Below, in pieces: positions 7,698 through 15,865 of a DNA stretch of 36,005 bases. Numbering within the stretch: position 1 is the stretch's first letter; each line of letters starts with the position of its first letter. Source of the stretch: an uncultured Methanosarcinales archaeon (GTDB taxonomy: Archaea > Nanobdellota > Nanobdellia > Woesearchaeales > SKGA01); NCBI GenBank assembly GCA_964534065.1, contig CAZHNR010000002.1:1412-37416 (forward strand), given 5' to 3'. The translations under genes were made by a program, and so were the position numbers. The notes below the pieces were generated by a model, which was given only the letters and a program-made list of their open reading frames with translations, was not told the DNA's origin and searched no databases.

Positions 7698-9728
7698 TTA
7701 TTCTTTATACTGGATTTGATACGTCACAAAAAATCCCTGCGCATGATCCTTGACATCAGTAAATTTTTGCAATTGCGTAATAACTGCATCAATATTAAGA
7801 ATAGGATCTTGTTTGCTTGCATAAGAAATTTGTTCGTAGCGAGGTTTTGAAAATTCCTTAAAATTTTCTAGTTTAGAAAAAATATAACGAGAACTTAATT
7901 CGTATTGTGTTCCTTGTTGCACAATGAGGCCTTTGCTTACTAATTTATCTAAATGTGTTTGCGCTACTAAACCAACCTTTCCAACAATTTGTGTCGTAGT
8001 AAATGATTGTAACTGAAACGCGGCATGAAGAACTTGGAGTTCTTGTTTTGATAATCTGTCTAGAGCAGGAAGCATTTTACTTCCTTTATTTTGATCAAGT
8101 GCATATTCATCTTTGTCTGTGATGATTGCACCTGTGGTTAAGTCAACAAGCACACTAAAACTTGTTTCTTCCTGCACGCACTGTACTTGCAGTACAGGGA
8201 TCAAACAGAGTTGTACTTCCGCTACTGGTCGCTCGCTCATAAGCATGACATCTTTTGCTTCCATGCCTGGGAAGAATAAAGGAAGAACTTCAGCGTCACT
8301 AAATTCTTGCACTTGGTCAAGTAAGCTTGGCTCGTCAGACTTGAGACTTGTTGTTGAGTTAAGAATATCAACAGCAGCTCCTCCGTGTAAGCTCTTTCGA
8401 GGCCGAACATTAACAAATAGAGGAACATCAGTAATGCCTGTTACGACACTCGTACCAATAGGGAGTTCTTGAATTTCTCGCTCCGTTGCACTTGTTAATC
8501 CTTCAACACTTGAAGACATAGCTTTGAGATCCTGGGGATTAGTAAGTTTCATAATAATTTGTGTTGAACACTGACTCAGTACGCTTTTATCAACTCGTGC
8601 AGGACGTTGCGAAACAACACAAAGACCAAGACCGAATTTCCGACCTTCGCTTGCTATCGTACGAATAATCTTTGAAGATTTTTTCTCACCAAAACTTCTT
8701 TCAGGACAATAATTATGTGCCTCTTCAACCACCATAAAAAATGGAGGAATTTTATTTTGTTTTCGTAGCTCAAATAAGTCCTTACATAATTTATAGACAA
8801 TAATTTCTTGAATATCAGGATTTACTCCACGGAAATTGAGAATAGTGCAGTTACCACTTTTTACCAGCTCATGAAATGGTGTCGGTGCAGGAGAAAAAAG
8901 ATTCAACTCTTTTAACTGTTCAAGAACACTGATGACATTCCATTTTGCATTGCTTTCCTCAGCTTGCAAGTGATATAGTATGCTGTCGATATTTGTTGCG
9001 TCACCACTCTGTTGCATGGCATTGTGGAGTACGCCAAGTTGCGCTGCAGAAAGTTTCACAGGAAGAAGATTTACAAGTTCTTGACGAGTTAAATTATCTG
9101 CAAGGCGAAGAGGACGTGCAGCAGGATTTATTTGTGGGTCGCCGTATTCAGTAATAGAAAACCCTTTTGGCTCAACATTGAAACGAGCCATGAGTTGTTT
9201 CTCTTGTTCATTTCTATTTGCCTGTTTCATACTTGGGTATTCACCGTGGGGATCAATAACGATGAGTGGAACACCCTTTTCAATAATTTCTTCAAGAAGA
9301 ACTCCGACAGTGTAAGATTTCCCACTTCCGGATTTTGCAAGAATAGCTACGTGTTTTGTAAGAAGTTTTTTCAAATCAATAAGTACAGGAATATCTTTTC
9401 CTTCAAGTTTACCAAGGTATGCTCCTGTTTCAGAATCTTCAAGCTGAATGACTTGGCTAATAAATTCTTCTTCAGCTAAAAGAACTTCTGTTCCTGGTTC
9501 AAAAGGAATCTTTAATTTCTTTATCTTACCGTCTTTATCTTTAAATCCAATGACTTGACAAAATGCGGTTGTTGAACTTTCTTGTTTTTCAATTTCAAGA
9601 ATTTGGCAGAGAACATAATCGTATACAGGATGATAGACTTGCACGTATTCAAACTTCTTGGTCTGACCTTCTACTAAGAACTTAAATTCCGTAGTGGTCA
9701 CTTTGCCAAAAATTTTCCCAAGAAGCAT
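7698..9728 (-). CDS. HerA/DUF87-type (FtsK-HerA superfamily) ATPase with a C-terminal winged-helix extension
   Basis: 676 aa. N-terminal HAS-barrel-like segment (GKIFGKVTTTEFKFLVEG...YVQV). Walker A AILAKSGSGKSYTVG. Walker B/acidic FFMVVEEAH. RKFGLGLCVVSQRP arginine-finger region. About 200 extra C-terminal residues end in a MarR/TrmB-like wHTH (LSKQELQVLHAAFQLQSFTTTQIVGKVGLVAQTHLDKLVSKGLIVQQGTQYELS). Confidence 0.75.
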   Translation of the reverse strand: MLLGKIFGKVTTTEFKFLVEGQTKKFEYVQVYHPVYDYVLCQILEIEKQESSTTAFCQVIGFKDKDGKIKKLKIPFEPGTEVLLAEEEFISQVIQLEDSETGAYLGKLEGKDIPVLIDLKKLLTKHVAILAKSGSGKSYTVGVLLEEIIEKGVPLIVIDPHGEYPSMKQANRNEQEKQLMARFNVEPKGFSITEYGDPQINPAARPLRLADNLTRQELVNLLPVKLSAAQLGVLHNAMQQSGDATNIDSILYHLQAEESNAKWNVISVLEQLKELNLFSPAPTPFHELVKSGNCTILNFRGVNPDIQEIIVYKLCKDLFELRKQNKIPPFFMVVEEAHNYCPERSFGEKKSSKIIRTIASEGRKFGLGLCVVSQRPARVDKSVLSQCSTQIIMKLTNPQDLKAMSSSVEGLTSATEREIQELPIGTSVVTGITDVPLFVNVRPRKSLHGGAAVDILNSTTSLKSDEPSLLDQVQEFSDAEVLPLFFPGMEAKDVMLMSERPVAEVQLCLIPVLQVQCVQEETSFSVLVDLTTGAIITDKDEYALDQNKGSKMLPALDRLSKQELQVLHAAFQLQSFTTTQIVGKVGLVAQTHLDKLVSKGLIVQQGTQYELSSRYIFSKLENFKEFSKPRYEQISYASKQDPILNIDAVITQLQKFTDVKDHAQGFFVTYQIQYKE

Positions 9729-9808
9729 GAAATAAGGTCGGTGTATCTTGTTTAAAAGCTTTACTCTGGGCAGATAGTTTTAAAATCTCAAAAGCATTTT
9801 GCTCCTTT

Positions 9809-10786
9809 ATGGACCGATTCTCACCTCAACTTCGAATTGCTGAGGAATTTGGTATTGAACGTATGATTTCTGAGACTGACAAACAGTATGAAACAAATAC
9901 TTTTCTTCCAAGCATAGGTGCTGAAGTTGAAGTCCATTGGCGTACTCTTCTTCCAGATTATACTACTTGGTTTGCAGAAGGAGGCTATAGTTCATTTTCT
10001 GCTCAAAAGAAAAAAGAATTTTCACGGCATTGTGCTGTCTTGCAAAAACAACTTACTCCTGCGTATGAGCGCACAAAAAAAGCAGGAATACCTAAAGATA
10101 TCGATGGTTTTTGGGAATTCGCTCACCGTCCAGCACAGTGGTATGGTACCTTAGCATCAGAAATTGAAATACTTTTTTCATCAAATCTTATACGTACAGG
10201 ATATGATAATCCACTACATATAACTGTAGCTGGTCTTAAGCCATACACAAAAACTTCTGGAATACTTGCCTCTACTGTTGAATTTCTTGGAGGAACAACT
10301 TCACAGCGGCTTCTCTCCCCGGCGATACAAGGAAAAACTTGGAATAGTAAAGGCAAAAACGGTTTACGTTCCCGCGAGAAGCGACAATTACAAGGAAAAA
10401 ACTATGCCTACGGCACTGAGTTTGCAACACTCGTTGCACAGGACGCCAAGCAAGTAACACAGACACTACGCAACGCGCAACTTCTTTGTTGGGCTGCAAC
10501 AACTACGCATATACCTGCTTCTCAAATATGGTCTCAAGTACGAAATCATATGACTCATTCTTTACTTCGTCCTCATGACTTAAACAGATGGTGGCAACAA
10601 CCTGAAGATAATGCTTCAGACTGGCAAAGATTTGCGACGCTTATGACGAGTTCTGACTACGCTCCTCTTAAGCAAGAACTGAATTATCTTGTAGATACGT
10701 TAGAAGAATTAGCAAAAGATCACATGTCAAACTCATACACTTCTGCATTTTTAGGTTTGAAACGAATAGATTCCTCGTCACTTTGA
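9809..10786 (+). CDS. Hypothetical protein; possible glutamine-synthetase-fold amidoligase/carboxylate-amine ligase (speculative)
   Basis: 325 aa. The ordered motifs IGAEVEVHW (G.E.E strand), FWEFAHRPA (E..S/H.P) and NPLHITVAG (H.h.G) recall the Amidoligase_2/GCS2 pattern. This is a by-eye match only. It is divergent from the HerA-like gene, and its last 67 nt overlap the convergent phosphatase gene. Confidence 0.3.
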   Translation: MDRFSPQLRIAEEFGIERMISETDKQYETNTFLPSIGAEVEVHWRTLLPDYTTWFAEGGYSSFSAQKKKEFSRHCAVLQKQLTPAYERTKKAGIPKDIDGFWEFAHRPAQWYGTLASEIEILFSSNLIRTGYDNPLHITVAGLKPYTKTSGILASTVEFLGGTTSQRLLSPAIQGKTWNSKGKNGLRSREKRQLQGKNYAYGTEFATLVAQDAKQVTQTLRNAQLLCWAATTTHIPASQIWSQVRNHMTHSLLRPHDLNRWWQQPEDNASDWQRFATLMTSSDYAPLKQELNYLVDTLEELAKDHMSNSYTSAFLGLKRIDSSSL

Positions 10787-11262
10787 TTCTCTAATAATTG
10801 ACGCAGCGTTATCATAGCAATAAAATGCGTCACGATAAGTACTGAAGAAAAGTTCTTGCGCTTTAACTGATCAAGAAACAATTTCACTCGTGCCTTTACA
10901 TCCTCATAGGATTCGCCGTTAGGAAGACATATTTTTCTTCGTTTTATGTGATTTGGCTCGTTAAGCTTGGCATGATATTCGTCATAATCTTGACCATCAA
11001 TACCTGTATTGATTTCATTAATTTTTTCATCAATGAACATCGGGACTTGCTTATCTTCATTAATAATGGCAGCTGTTTGTTGAGCTCGGTAGAGTTCAGA
11101 AACAATAACCGCATCCCATGTTTTATCTTTGAGTTCTTCTTTTGTCACATAGGCTTGTTGCATTCCTAACTCTGTAAGATAACAATCTTTGCTTGGAAGA
11201 AAATTAATTTTTCGCTCAACATTATAATTGCTTTGCCCATGTCGAACAATGTAAAGTTTCAT
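10720..11262 (-). CDS. Histidine phosphatase superfamily protein (phosphoglycerate-mutase-like branch 1)
   Basis: 180 aa. N-terminal catalytic RHG motif (MKLYIVRHGQSNYN). Second His in LIVTHFIAM. Typical ~180-aa cofactor-dependent PGM-like fold length. Confidence 0.8.
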   Translation of the reverse strand: MKLYIVRHGQSNYNVERKINFLPSKDCYLTELGMQQAYVTKEELKDKTWDAVIVSELYRAQQTAAIINEDKQVPMFIDEKINEINTGIDGQDYDEYHAKLNEPNHIKRRKICLPNGESYEDVKARVKLFLDQLKRKNFSSVLIVTHFIAMITLRQLLENQSDEESIRFKPKNAEVYEFDM

Positions 11263-11412
11263 AGTAATATTTTAAAAAATTTCTAGTATAAAAATCTATA
11301 GAAAAGTTGGCAACATTATGTTGCCATAAAAATAAAAAACGCTAAACAACTAGTTGCTTGCGCCCACTCGCAAAAAAGCTCGCAGGAAATAAAAACGAAT
11401 AAACCTTTCGGC

Positions 11413-12204
11413 TTACTCTAAATATTTACGTAGCCCTTTTGACGCTGTTACTGCCATATCAATTGCTTGATTGACTTCATCATGCGTAAAGGCGTCATCG
11501 CCACCTTTTTGTAAAGAACAAATTCGACCATCTTCCATTACTGCAATAGTTAGGCGCGCATCAACATTATCTTCTTCAACTTTCCGTGGATCGATGAAGA
11601 GTTCGTTGCCAATACGACAAACCGTTATGGAAATAGGGATGTGAACTAATTCAAGTCCTTTGTCAGTTTTGTTCTTGTAGTCTGCCTTATTTTTATCAGT
11701 TAGACCAGGGAACTTTGCGTTTTTGATAGCTGCAATTGCACCAAGAGCACCAACATCAATAATATTTCCATCATGATTTAATGGAATAACATCAACGCTG
11801 ACAACCCAGACTTTTTCGCCTTCAACAATGCAGAGTTTTTTGACATCAACAGATCCGCTTTCACGAATACTTCGATCAATAACTCGGCTTGCTTCAATAG
11901 CAACAATACCTGGAGGACCAGATTCAATACTATTATGTGCGATAGGCAAATATTCTGCACTTACCATAAGTGCTCCTTCATCAGGTCGATCCGGAAACGG
12001 AGTACCTACGGATAAGGATGCAGCACAGATAATTTCAGTTTCACCGCAAGTAATTTTTGCACTACCATCTGCTGTGTTACTCACACCGTACTCAATCTCA
12101 ATTGGACGGAACTCGTCCTTTTTACGACCATCGTAACGAATGTTAGCTTCTAAAGCTTTGATAATATGACTACTACTATTTGGAGCATCTTTATTGTGTT
12201 TCAT
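11413..12204 (-). CDS. rrp42: Exosome complex component Rrp42 (RNase PH-like, non-catalytic)
   Basis: The ORF 11413..12291 is trimmed to ATG 12204, which lies 1 nt after the rrp41 stop. IRYDGRKKDEFRPIEIEYGV..ADGSAKITCGETEIICA...PDRPDEGALMVSAEYLP is the Rrp42 signature. Gene order rrp4-rrp41-rrp42. Confidence 0.85.
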   Translation of the reverse strand: MKHNKDAPNSSSHIIKALEANIRYDGRKKDEFRPIEIEYGVSNTADGSAKITCGETEIICAASLSVGTPFPDRPDEGALMVSAEYLPIAHNSIESGPPGIVAIEASRVIDRSIRESGSVDVKKLCIVEGEKVWVVSVDVIPLNHDGNIIDVGALGAIAAIKNAKFPGLTDKNKADYKNKTDKGLELVHIPISITVCRIGNELFIDPRKVEEDNVDARLTIAVMEDGRICSLQKGGDDAFTHDEVNQAIDMAVTASKGLRKYLE

Positions 12205-12205
12205 T

Positions 12206-12919
12206 TTATTGTCCCTCCTCATTGTATTTTTCATGAAGTGCTTGGCGTTGCGTTTCAGCAATTTTTTCACATGCTGCTTTTGCTTTACCAATCACTTTCT
12301 TTAGTGTTTCAGGATCAATCATTCCATCAAGTTGCAGAAGAGTAATTTCTCCAGTTGAAGGGATCATTGCAATAGGAATATCTACTGCTTCCATACCTTC
12401 AGGTTGCTCTTCATGGTAACTTAAATCAACAACTGCCGTGTCGCCAACCATACCTACACCGATTGCAGGAACCATATCTTTCATAAGAATTCCAGCATCA
12501 GCTAAAGCAATACTTGCAGCACAAATTGCAGCGCATCGACTTCCTGCGTCAGTTTGAGGTAATTCTAAAAACACATCAATGACGGAGTTAGGATATTTGC
12601 TAATATCGATTGCAGGAAGTAAAGCTTTTTCACTTACCATGCTAATTTCTTTCGCTCGTCTATTTGGACCAGGTCGACCTCGTTCACCAGGACCGGCGAA
12701 TGGCATCATATTGTAATTCACTCGAAGTACGCCTTTTTTAGGATCAGCAAGTCGTCGTGGAAACATTTCCCGAGGACCATACACTGCAGCGTATGCAACG
12801 GTGTCACCAATTTTAAAGTATGCAGAACCGTCTGCATTTGGAAGTACTCCTGCTTTTGCTTCAATAGGACGAGTTTCATCAAAATCTCGACCATCGTATC
12901 GTTCTTTATATTGTGACAT
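12206..12919 (-). CDS. rrp41: Exosome complex exonuclease Rrp41 (RNase PH-like, catalytic)
   Basis: The ORF 12206..13021 is trimmed to ATG 12919, which lies 1 nt after the rrp4 stop. YDGRDFDETRPIEAKAGVLPNADGSAYFKIGDTVAYAAVYGPRE, plus the phosphate-binding region GRPGPNRRAKEIS. Confidence 0.9.
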   Translation of the reverse strand: MSQYKERYDGRDFDETRPIEAKAGVLPNADGSAYFKIGDTVAYAAVYGPREMFPRRLADPKKGVLRVNYNMMPFAGPGERGRPGPNRRAKEISMVSEKALLPAIDISKYPNSVIDVFLELPQTDAGSRCAAICAASIALADAGILMKDMVPAIGVGMVGDTAVVDLSYHEEQPEGMEAVDIPIAMIPSTGEITLLQLDGMIDPETLKKVIGKAKAACEKIAETQRQALHEKYNEEGQ

Positions 12920-12920
12920 T

Positions 12921-13688
12921 TTAGTTACCTTCCTCATCATTTTGATTCTCAAAACTTTGTTCTTCGTTATTGTCTTGTCGAGGAACATATTCAGGAATTG
13001 CTTTGCCGGTTTTTTCTTCAAGGAAAACTTTTATTCGTTCTGTTAAACCAGGAATATGACTTTCTTCCTCAATCTTTCTAATAGCAAGAAGAGCTAAGTG
13101 TTCCATAGCAGGTTCACCGCTTAGCCATACAACTCCGTTTTGTCCGACAGTGATTTTACAATCAGTAGCTCGTTTAATCATGGAAACCATTGAACCTTTT
13201 TTACCGATAATTCGAGGTACTTTGTTCGTGTTCACGGTAATAGTTCGTCCACCACGAAGTTTGTATAAGCCTTGTCCTTTGACGCTCACGTCAACAAGGT
13301 TTTGTCCACTTACATTAGTTATTTTTCCAACAAAGTAATCTCCGATATCGAAGTACCGTGCAAGATCTGCACCTTTGGGAATAAATTCAAAACTTCCATC
13401 ACGAACAGGAATCAGACCTGTGTAGGGAGAATTAAATTCAACTCTCCAGCCCATGCTCAGAATATCGATGACACTACCGATGATAATGTCATGTTTTTTT
13501 GGTAAGTATTTTCCAGCCAAAGGAATCGTTTTGATTACTTTGCCATCAATCACTGCAACACCTACTCGGTTTGCAAGGATTTGTTCATCTTTTCGATAGG
13601 TTCCATGACTTGGTAGGTATTCCATACCTTCTGCCAATACTTGTCCTGGAACGACAATTTCTTTTTCTTTAATTAATAATTCACTCAA
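12921..13688 (-). CDS. rrp4: Exosome complex RNA-binding protein Rrp4 (S1 + KH domains); TTG start
   Basis: 255 aa. N-terminal domain VVPGQVLAEG. S1 domain (GDIIIGSVIDILSMGWRVEFNSPYTGLIP). KH motif (VPRIIGKKGSMVSMI). Start is TTG 13688, with GAGGG 8 nt upstream. Confidence 0.88.
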   Translation of the reverse strand: MSELLIKEKEIVVPGQVLAEGMEYLPSHGTYRKDEQILANRVGVAVIDGKVIKTIPLAGKYLPKKHDIIIGSVIDILSMGWRVEFNSPYTGLIPVRDGSFEFIPKGADLARYFDIGDYFVGKITNVSGQNLVDVSVKGQGLYKLRGGRTITVNTNKVPRIIGKKGSMVSMIKRATDCKITVGQNGVVWLSGEPAMEHLALLAIRKIEEESHIPGLTERIKVFLEEKTGKAIPEYVPRQDNNEEQSFENQNDEEGN

Positions 13689-13712
13689 GGGTATCCCTCT
13701 AGTATTTTTTAT

Positions 13713-13769
13713 GTTCCTTGCAGCAACACAGCAGACTCATCCACTGCATCTTTATGATCTGCAAAGAAC
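13713..13769 (-). other. Intercistronic hairpin between the SBDS gene and rrp4
   Basis: GTTCCTTGCAG (13713-13723) pairs with CTGCAAAGAAC (13759-13769) at 10 of 11 positions, enclosing 35 nt. It lies in the 88-nt gap of an otherwise gap-free operon. Confidence 0.35.
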
Positions 13770-13776
13770 CTCAGTT

Positions 13777-14496
13777 TTATTTGTTGAGTTTAATATCTAC
13801 TCCACCATGTGTAATGGATTGTAGTTCAGCAGTGCATTCTTCTTGCATCCCTGCTGGTAGTTGTAATTGTACAGATAAACTCCCGTCCTGTCCCCACATT
13901 TCACGAAGCACTTTTCCGTACTTATGTAATATAGTACGTGCTCTTGCAGCCGAAGCTGCCGGAATATGCATGTCGATGGTCGCTTTTTCAAGCGAGATAG
14001 GCATTATTGGTCGGAGCTGAGTAATTACTTCTTCAAGTTGATCTTCGGCTTTCTTAAAATCATTCAGACGGACTTTTGCCTCTTCCATTGCAGAACGAAT
14101 TCTGTTTTCTGGATGAGGAAGTTTTGTCTGAGGATTCATAGCGTGCCTGTGGATTAAATGTACAACTTTATTGTATTTTTGCTCGCGAAGATCTTGTCTG
14201 TACTTATGTGTAAATTGAATTTCTCCTTTTTCTAGGATTTGTTTAGCAACTTCAAGCACGTCGGTCGTTCCAAAGACATCTTTGAGTTCTCCTTCCTGAG
14301 CGACGAGAGCTTTTTTTGCATCAGCAAAAATGGTTTGGGCTTGTAAAGTATCTTCGATGTCAGTAGCTTCACCTTGTTTATATGCAACTACTTTATCTGG
14401 TTCAATGACTATCTCAAAGTGTTTCCCGTGTGACTTTAGCCGAGCTAGATTCACAGAGATTTGGACATGATCATCGATTAACTTATTCCCTTTCAT
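13777..14496 (-). CDS. SBDS-family ribosome maturation protein (Sdo1 homologue)
   Basis: 239 aa. FYSH-domain start (VNLARLKSHGKHFEIVIEPDKVVAYKQGE). Central helical domain and C-terminal ferredoxin-like domain. Position between psmA and rrp4 as in the archaeal superoperon. Confidence 0.85.
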   Translation of the reverse strand: MKGNKLIDDHVQISVNLARLKSHGKHFEIVIEPDKVVAYKQGEATDIEDTLQAQTIFADAKKALVAQEGELKDVFGTTDVLEVAKQILEKGEIQFTHKYRQDLREQKYNKVVHLIHRHAMNPQTKLPHPENRIRSAMEEAKVRLNDFKKAEDQLEEVITQLRPIMPISLEKATIDMHIPAASAARARTILHKYGKVLREMWGQDGSLSVQLQLPAGMQEECTAELQSITHGGVDIKLNK

Positions 14497-15206
14497 AGTG
14501 CTTTTTCAATTTCCTCTTTTGAGAGTTTTTTCATTTGTTTAGTAGAGCTATCAATATATGCTGCATCAATTCGTTCTAAGGAGTAATCATCGCCTAAGAA
14601 TTCTTTGAGTGCTTTAACAGCAAGTTTTAATGCTTGATGAATAGTCATGCTTTCTTTGTATTCCTTATGCAGAACTTCAGAAATATCATTTTCTCCTTCA
14701 CCAATAACTGTTGCAAGGAATTGATAATACAGTCCTGTAGGATCTGTTCGGTACAGCTTTGCACCGTCTTCATCAACACCACCAACTAACATACTAACGC
14801 CAAAAGGTCTTAGACCGCCTGACTGGGTACACATTTGTTTTAGCGCACACATATCTTTTACAATATGGAGTGTATCAACAGGACTGTCGAAAGTCACTTG
14901 ATTTTCCTGAGCTTTTTGTTGTGCTCGTTCAACGAGAACGCGTGCGTCAGATAAAATTCCTGCAGCAGTGGAAATAATGTGATCATCAATTCGAAAAATC
15001 TTTTCAATTGCTGAAGCAACAATCAATTTGTCATTGATTCGTTTGTCAGTTACTAAAAGTACGCCGTCCTTACAGGTAAGGCCCATAGCGGTATTTCCAA
15101 TACGAACTGTTTTTGTTGCATATTCTACTTGTAGTAGTCGGCCATCAGGGCTAAACATAGTGATTGCCCGATCGTATCCCATTACTTGATGTGACATTGG
15201 TTGCAT
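14493..15206 (-). CDS. psmA: Proteasome subunit alpha
   Basis: 237 aa. Alpha-subunit N-terminal signature YDRAITMFSPDGRLLQVEYA. No Thr1 propeptide processing motif. Confidence 0.95.
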   Translation of the reverse strand: MQPMSHQVMGYDRAITMFSPDGRLLQVEYATKTVRIGNTAMGLTCKDGVLLVTDKRINDKLIVASAIEKIFRIDDHIISTAAGILSDARVLVERAQQKAQENQVTFDSPVDTLHIVKDMCALKQMCTQSGGLRPFGVSMLVGGVDEDGAKLYRTDPTGLYYQFLATVIGEGENDISEVLHKEYKESMTIHQALKLAVKALKEFLGDDYSLERIDAAYIDSSTKQMKKLSKEEIEKAL

Positions 15207-15248
15207 TTTTGTTTTCCTCTTGCGGGAGCCAAAGTTATTTTGATGACT

Positions 15249-15593
15249 TTAGCTTTCCCCATTAAGTTTGAGTTTTGCTTTTTTCAATACACCAGACACG
15301 GTGATTGAGCGTAGCTGAACGCTTTGTTTTTGTAAATGTGAAATCATAACGAAGCATGCTTTGATGTGGTCCACAGCAGTGTGGTTTACGCGAAGCACTC
15401 CTCGTTGTGTTGATTGATTGACGGTCACAGGTAAGATGCCTGCTTGTGCACTCATAAACACTCCGAGGAGTGTATGTAGTTCATCAATGAGTTCTTTTTG
15501 CAATTTGTGCATATCGCATTGCGGTTGCACTTCGTATACTATGTATCGTTTTTTCTCACGGTGACTTGGCCTGAGTGCCTTTGTTTGTAACAT
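15249..15593 (-). CDS. rnp2: RNase P protein component 2 (Pop5/Rpp14 homologue)
   Basis: 114 aa. LRPSHREKKRYIVYEV start and RGVLRVNH core, typical of archaeal Pop5. It is the first gene of the psmA-SBDS-exosome block. Confidence 0.7.
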   Translation of the reverse strand: MLQTKALRPSHREKKRYIVYEVQPQCDMHKLQKELIDELHTLLGVFMSAQAGILPVTVNQSTQRGVLRVNHTAVDHIKACFVMISHLQKQSVQLRSITVSGVLKKAKLKLNGES

Positions 15594-15696
15594 GTATCTG
15601 TGTTTGAAAGCTTGCGGTTATCAAGGGTAAGAGAAGGCAATGCTTTCCGTCTCAATCGTTTTGTTCTCTTCTCTGAGCCTTTCAAACTTGCCAGAG

Positions 15697-15705
15697 ATAT
15701 ATAAA
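15697..15705. promoter_or_regulatory. Palindromic-type TATA element (ATATATAAA) in the divergent intergenic region
   Basis: This is the only strong TATA match upstream of rnp2 (minus strand, ~105 nt from its ATG). It could equally fire rightward. Confidence 0.3.
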
Positions 15706-15865
15706 CGTTTTGAATTACTCGGTTATTGTACTGTTTCGCGAAGTTCCGCCATCTCCTCTGGAGTATGCGTAGAGGTCAAAAAGAAGTAGTATTTCTGCAA
15801 AGTCTTTTGAAATCTTCTTTTTTTTATCTTTCTTCAAGGCGAATTAAGTTGTTTTTCTTCCAAAC

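Noticed and set aside
7698-11262. NurA/Mre11/Rad50 partners for the HerA-like gene
   Set aside because: None of the neighbouring ORFs shows NurA (RNase H-like D...E...D), Mre11 phosphoesterase (DxH...GDxxD...GNH) or Rad50 Walker/zinc-hook motifs.
3524-11412. Integrated mobile element at tRNA-Pro
   Set aside because: There is no integrase, transposase or plasmid/viral gene. I found no copy of any tRNA-Pro segment near 11.26-11.41 kb that could serve as an att repeat. It is kept only as a synteny-break observation.
12205-12291. N-terminal 29-aa extension of the Rrp42 ORF, and similarly 12920..13021 for Rrp41
   Set aside because: The extensions overlap the 3' ends of the upstream genes and are Lys-rich junk. 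Internal ATGs at 12204 and 12919 sit 1 nt after the upstream stops and immediately precede the conserved RNase PH N-terminal motifs.
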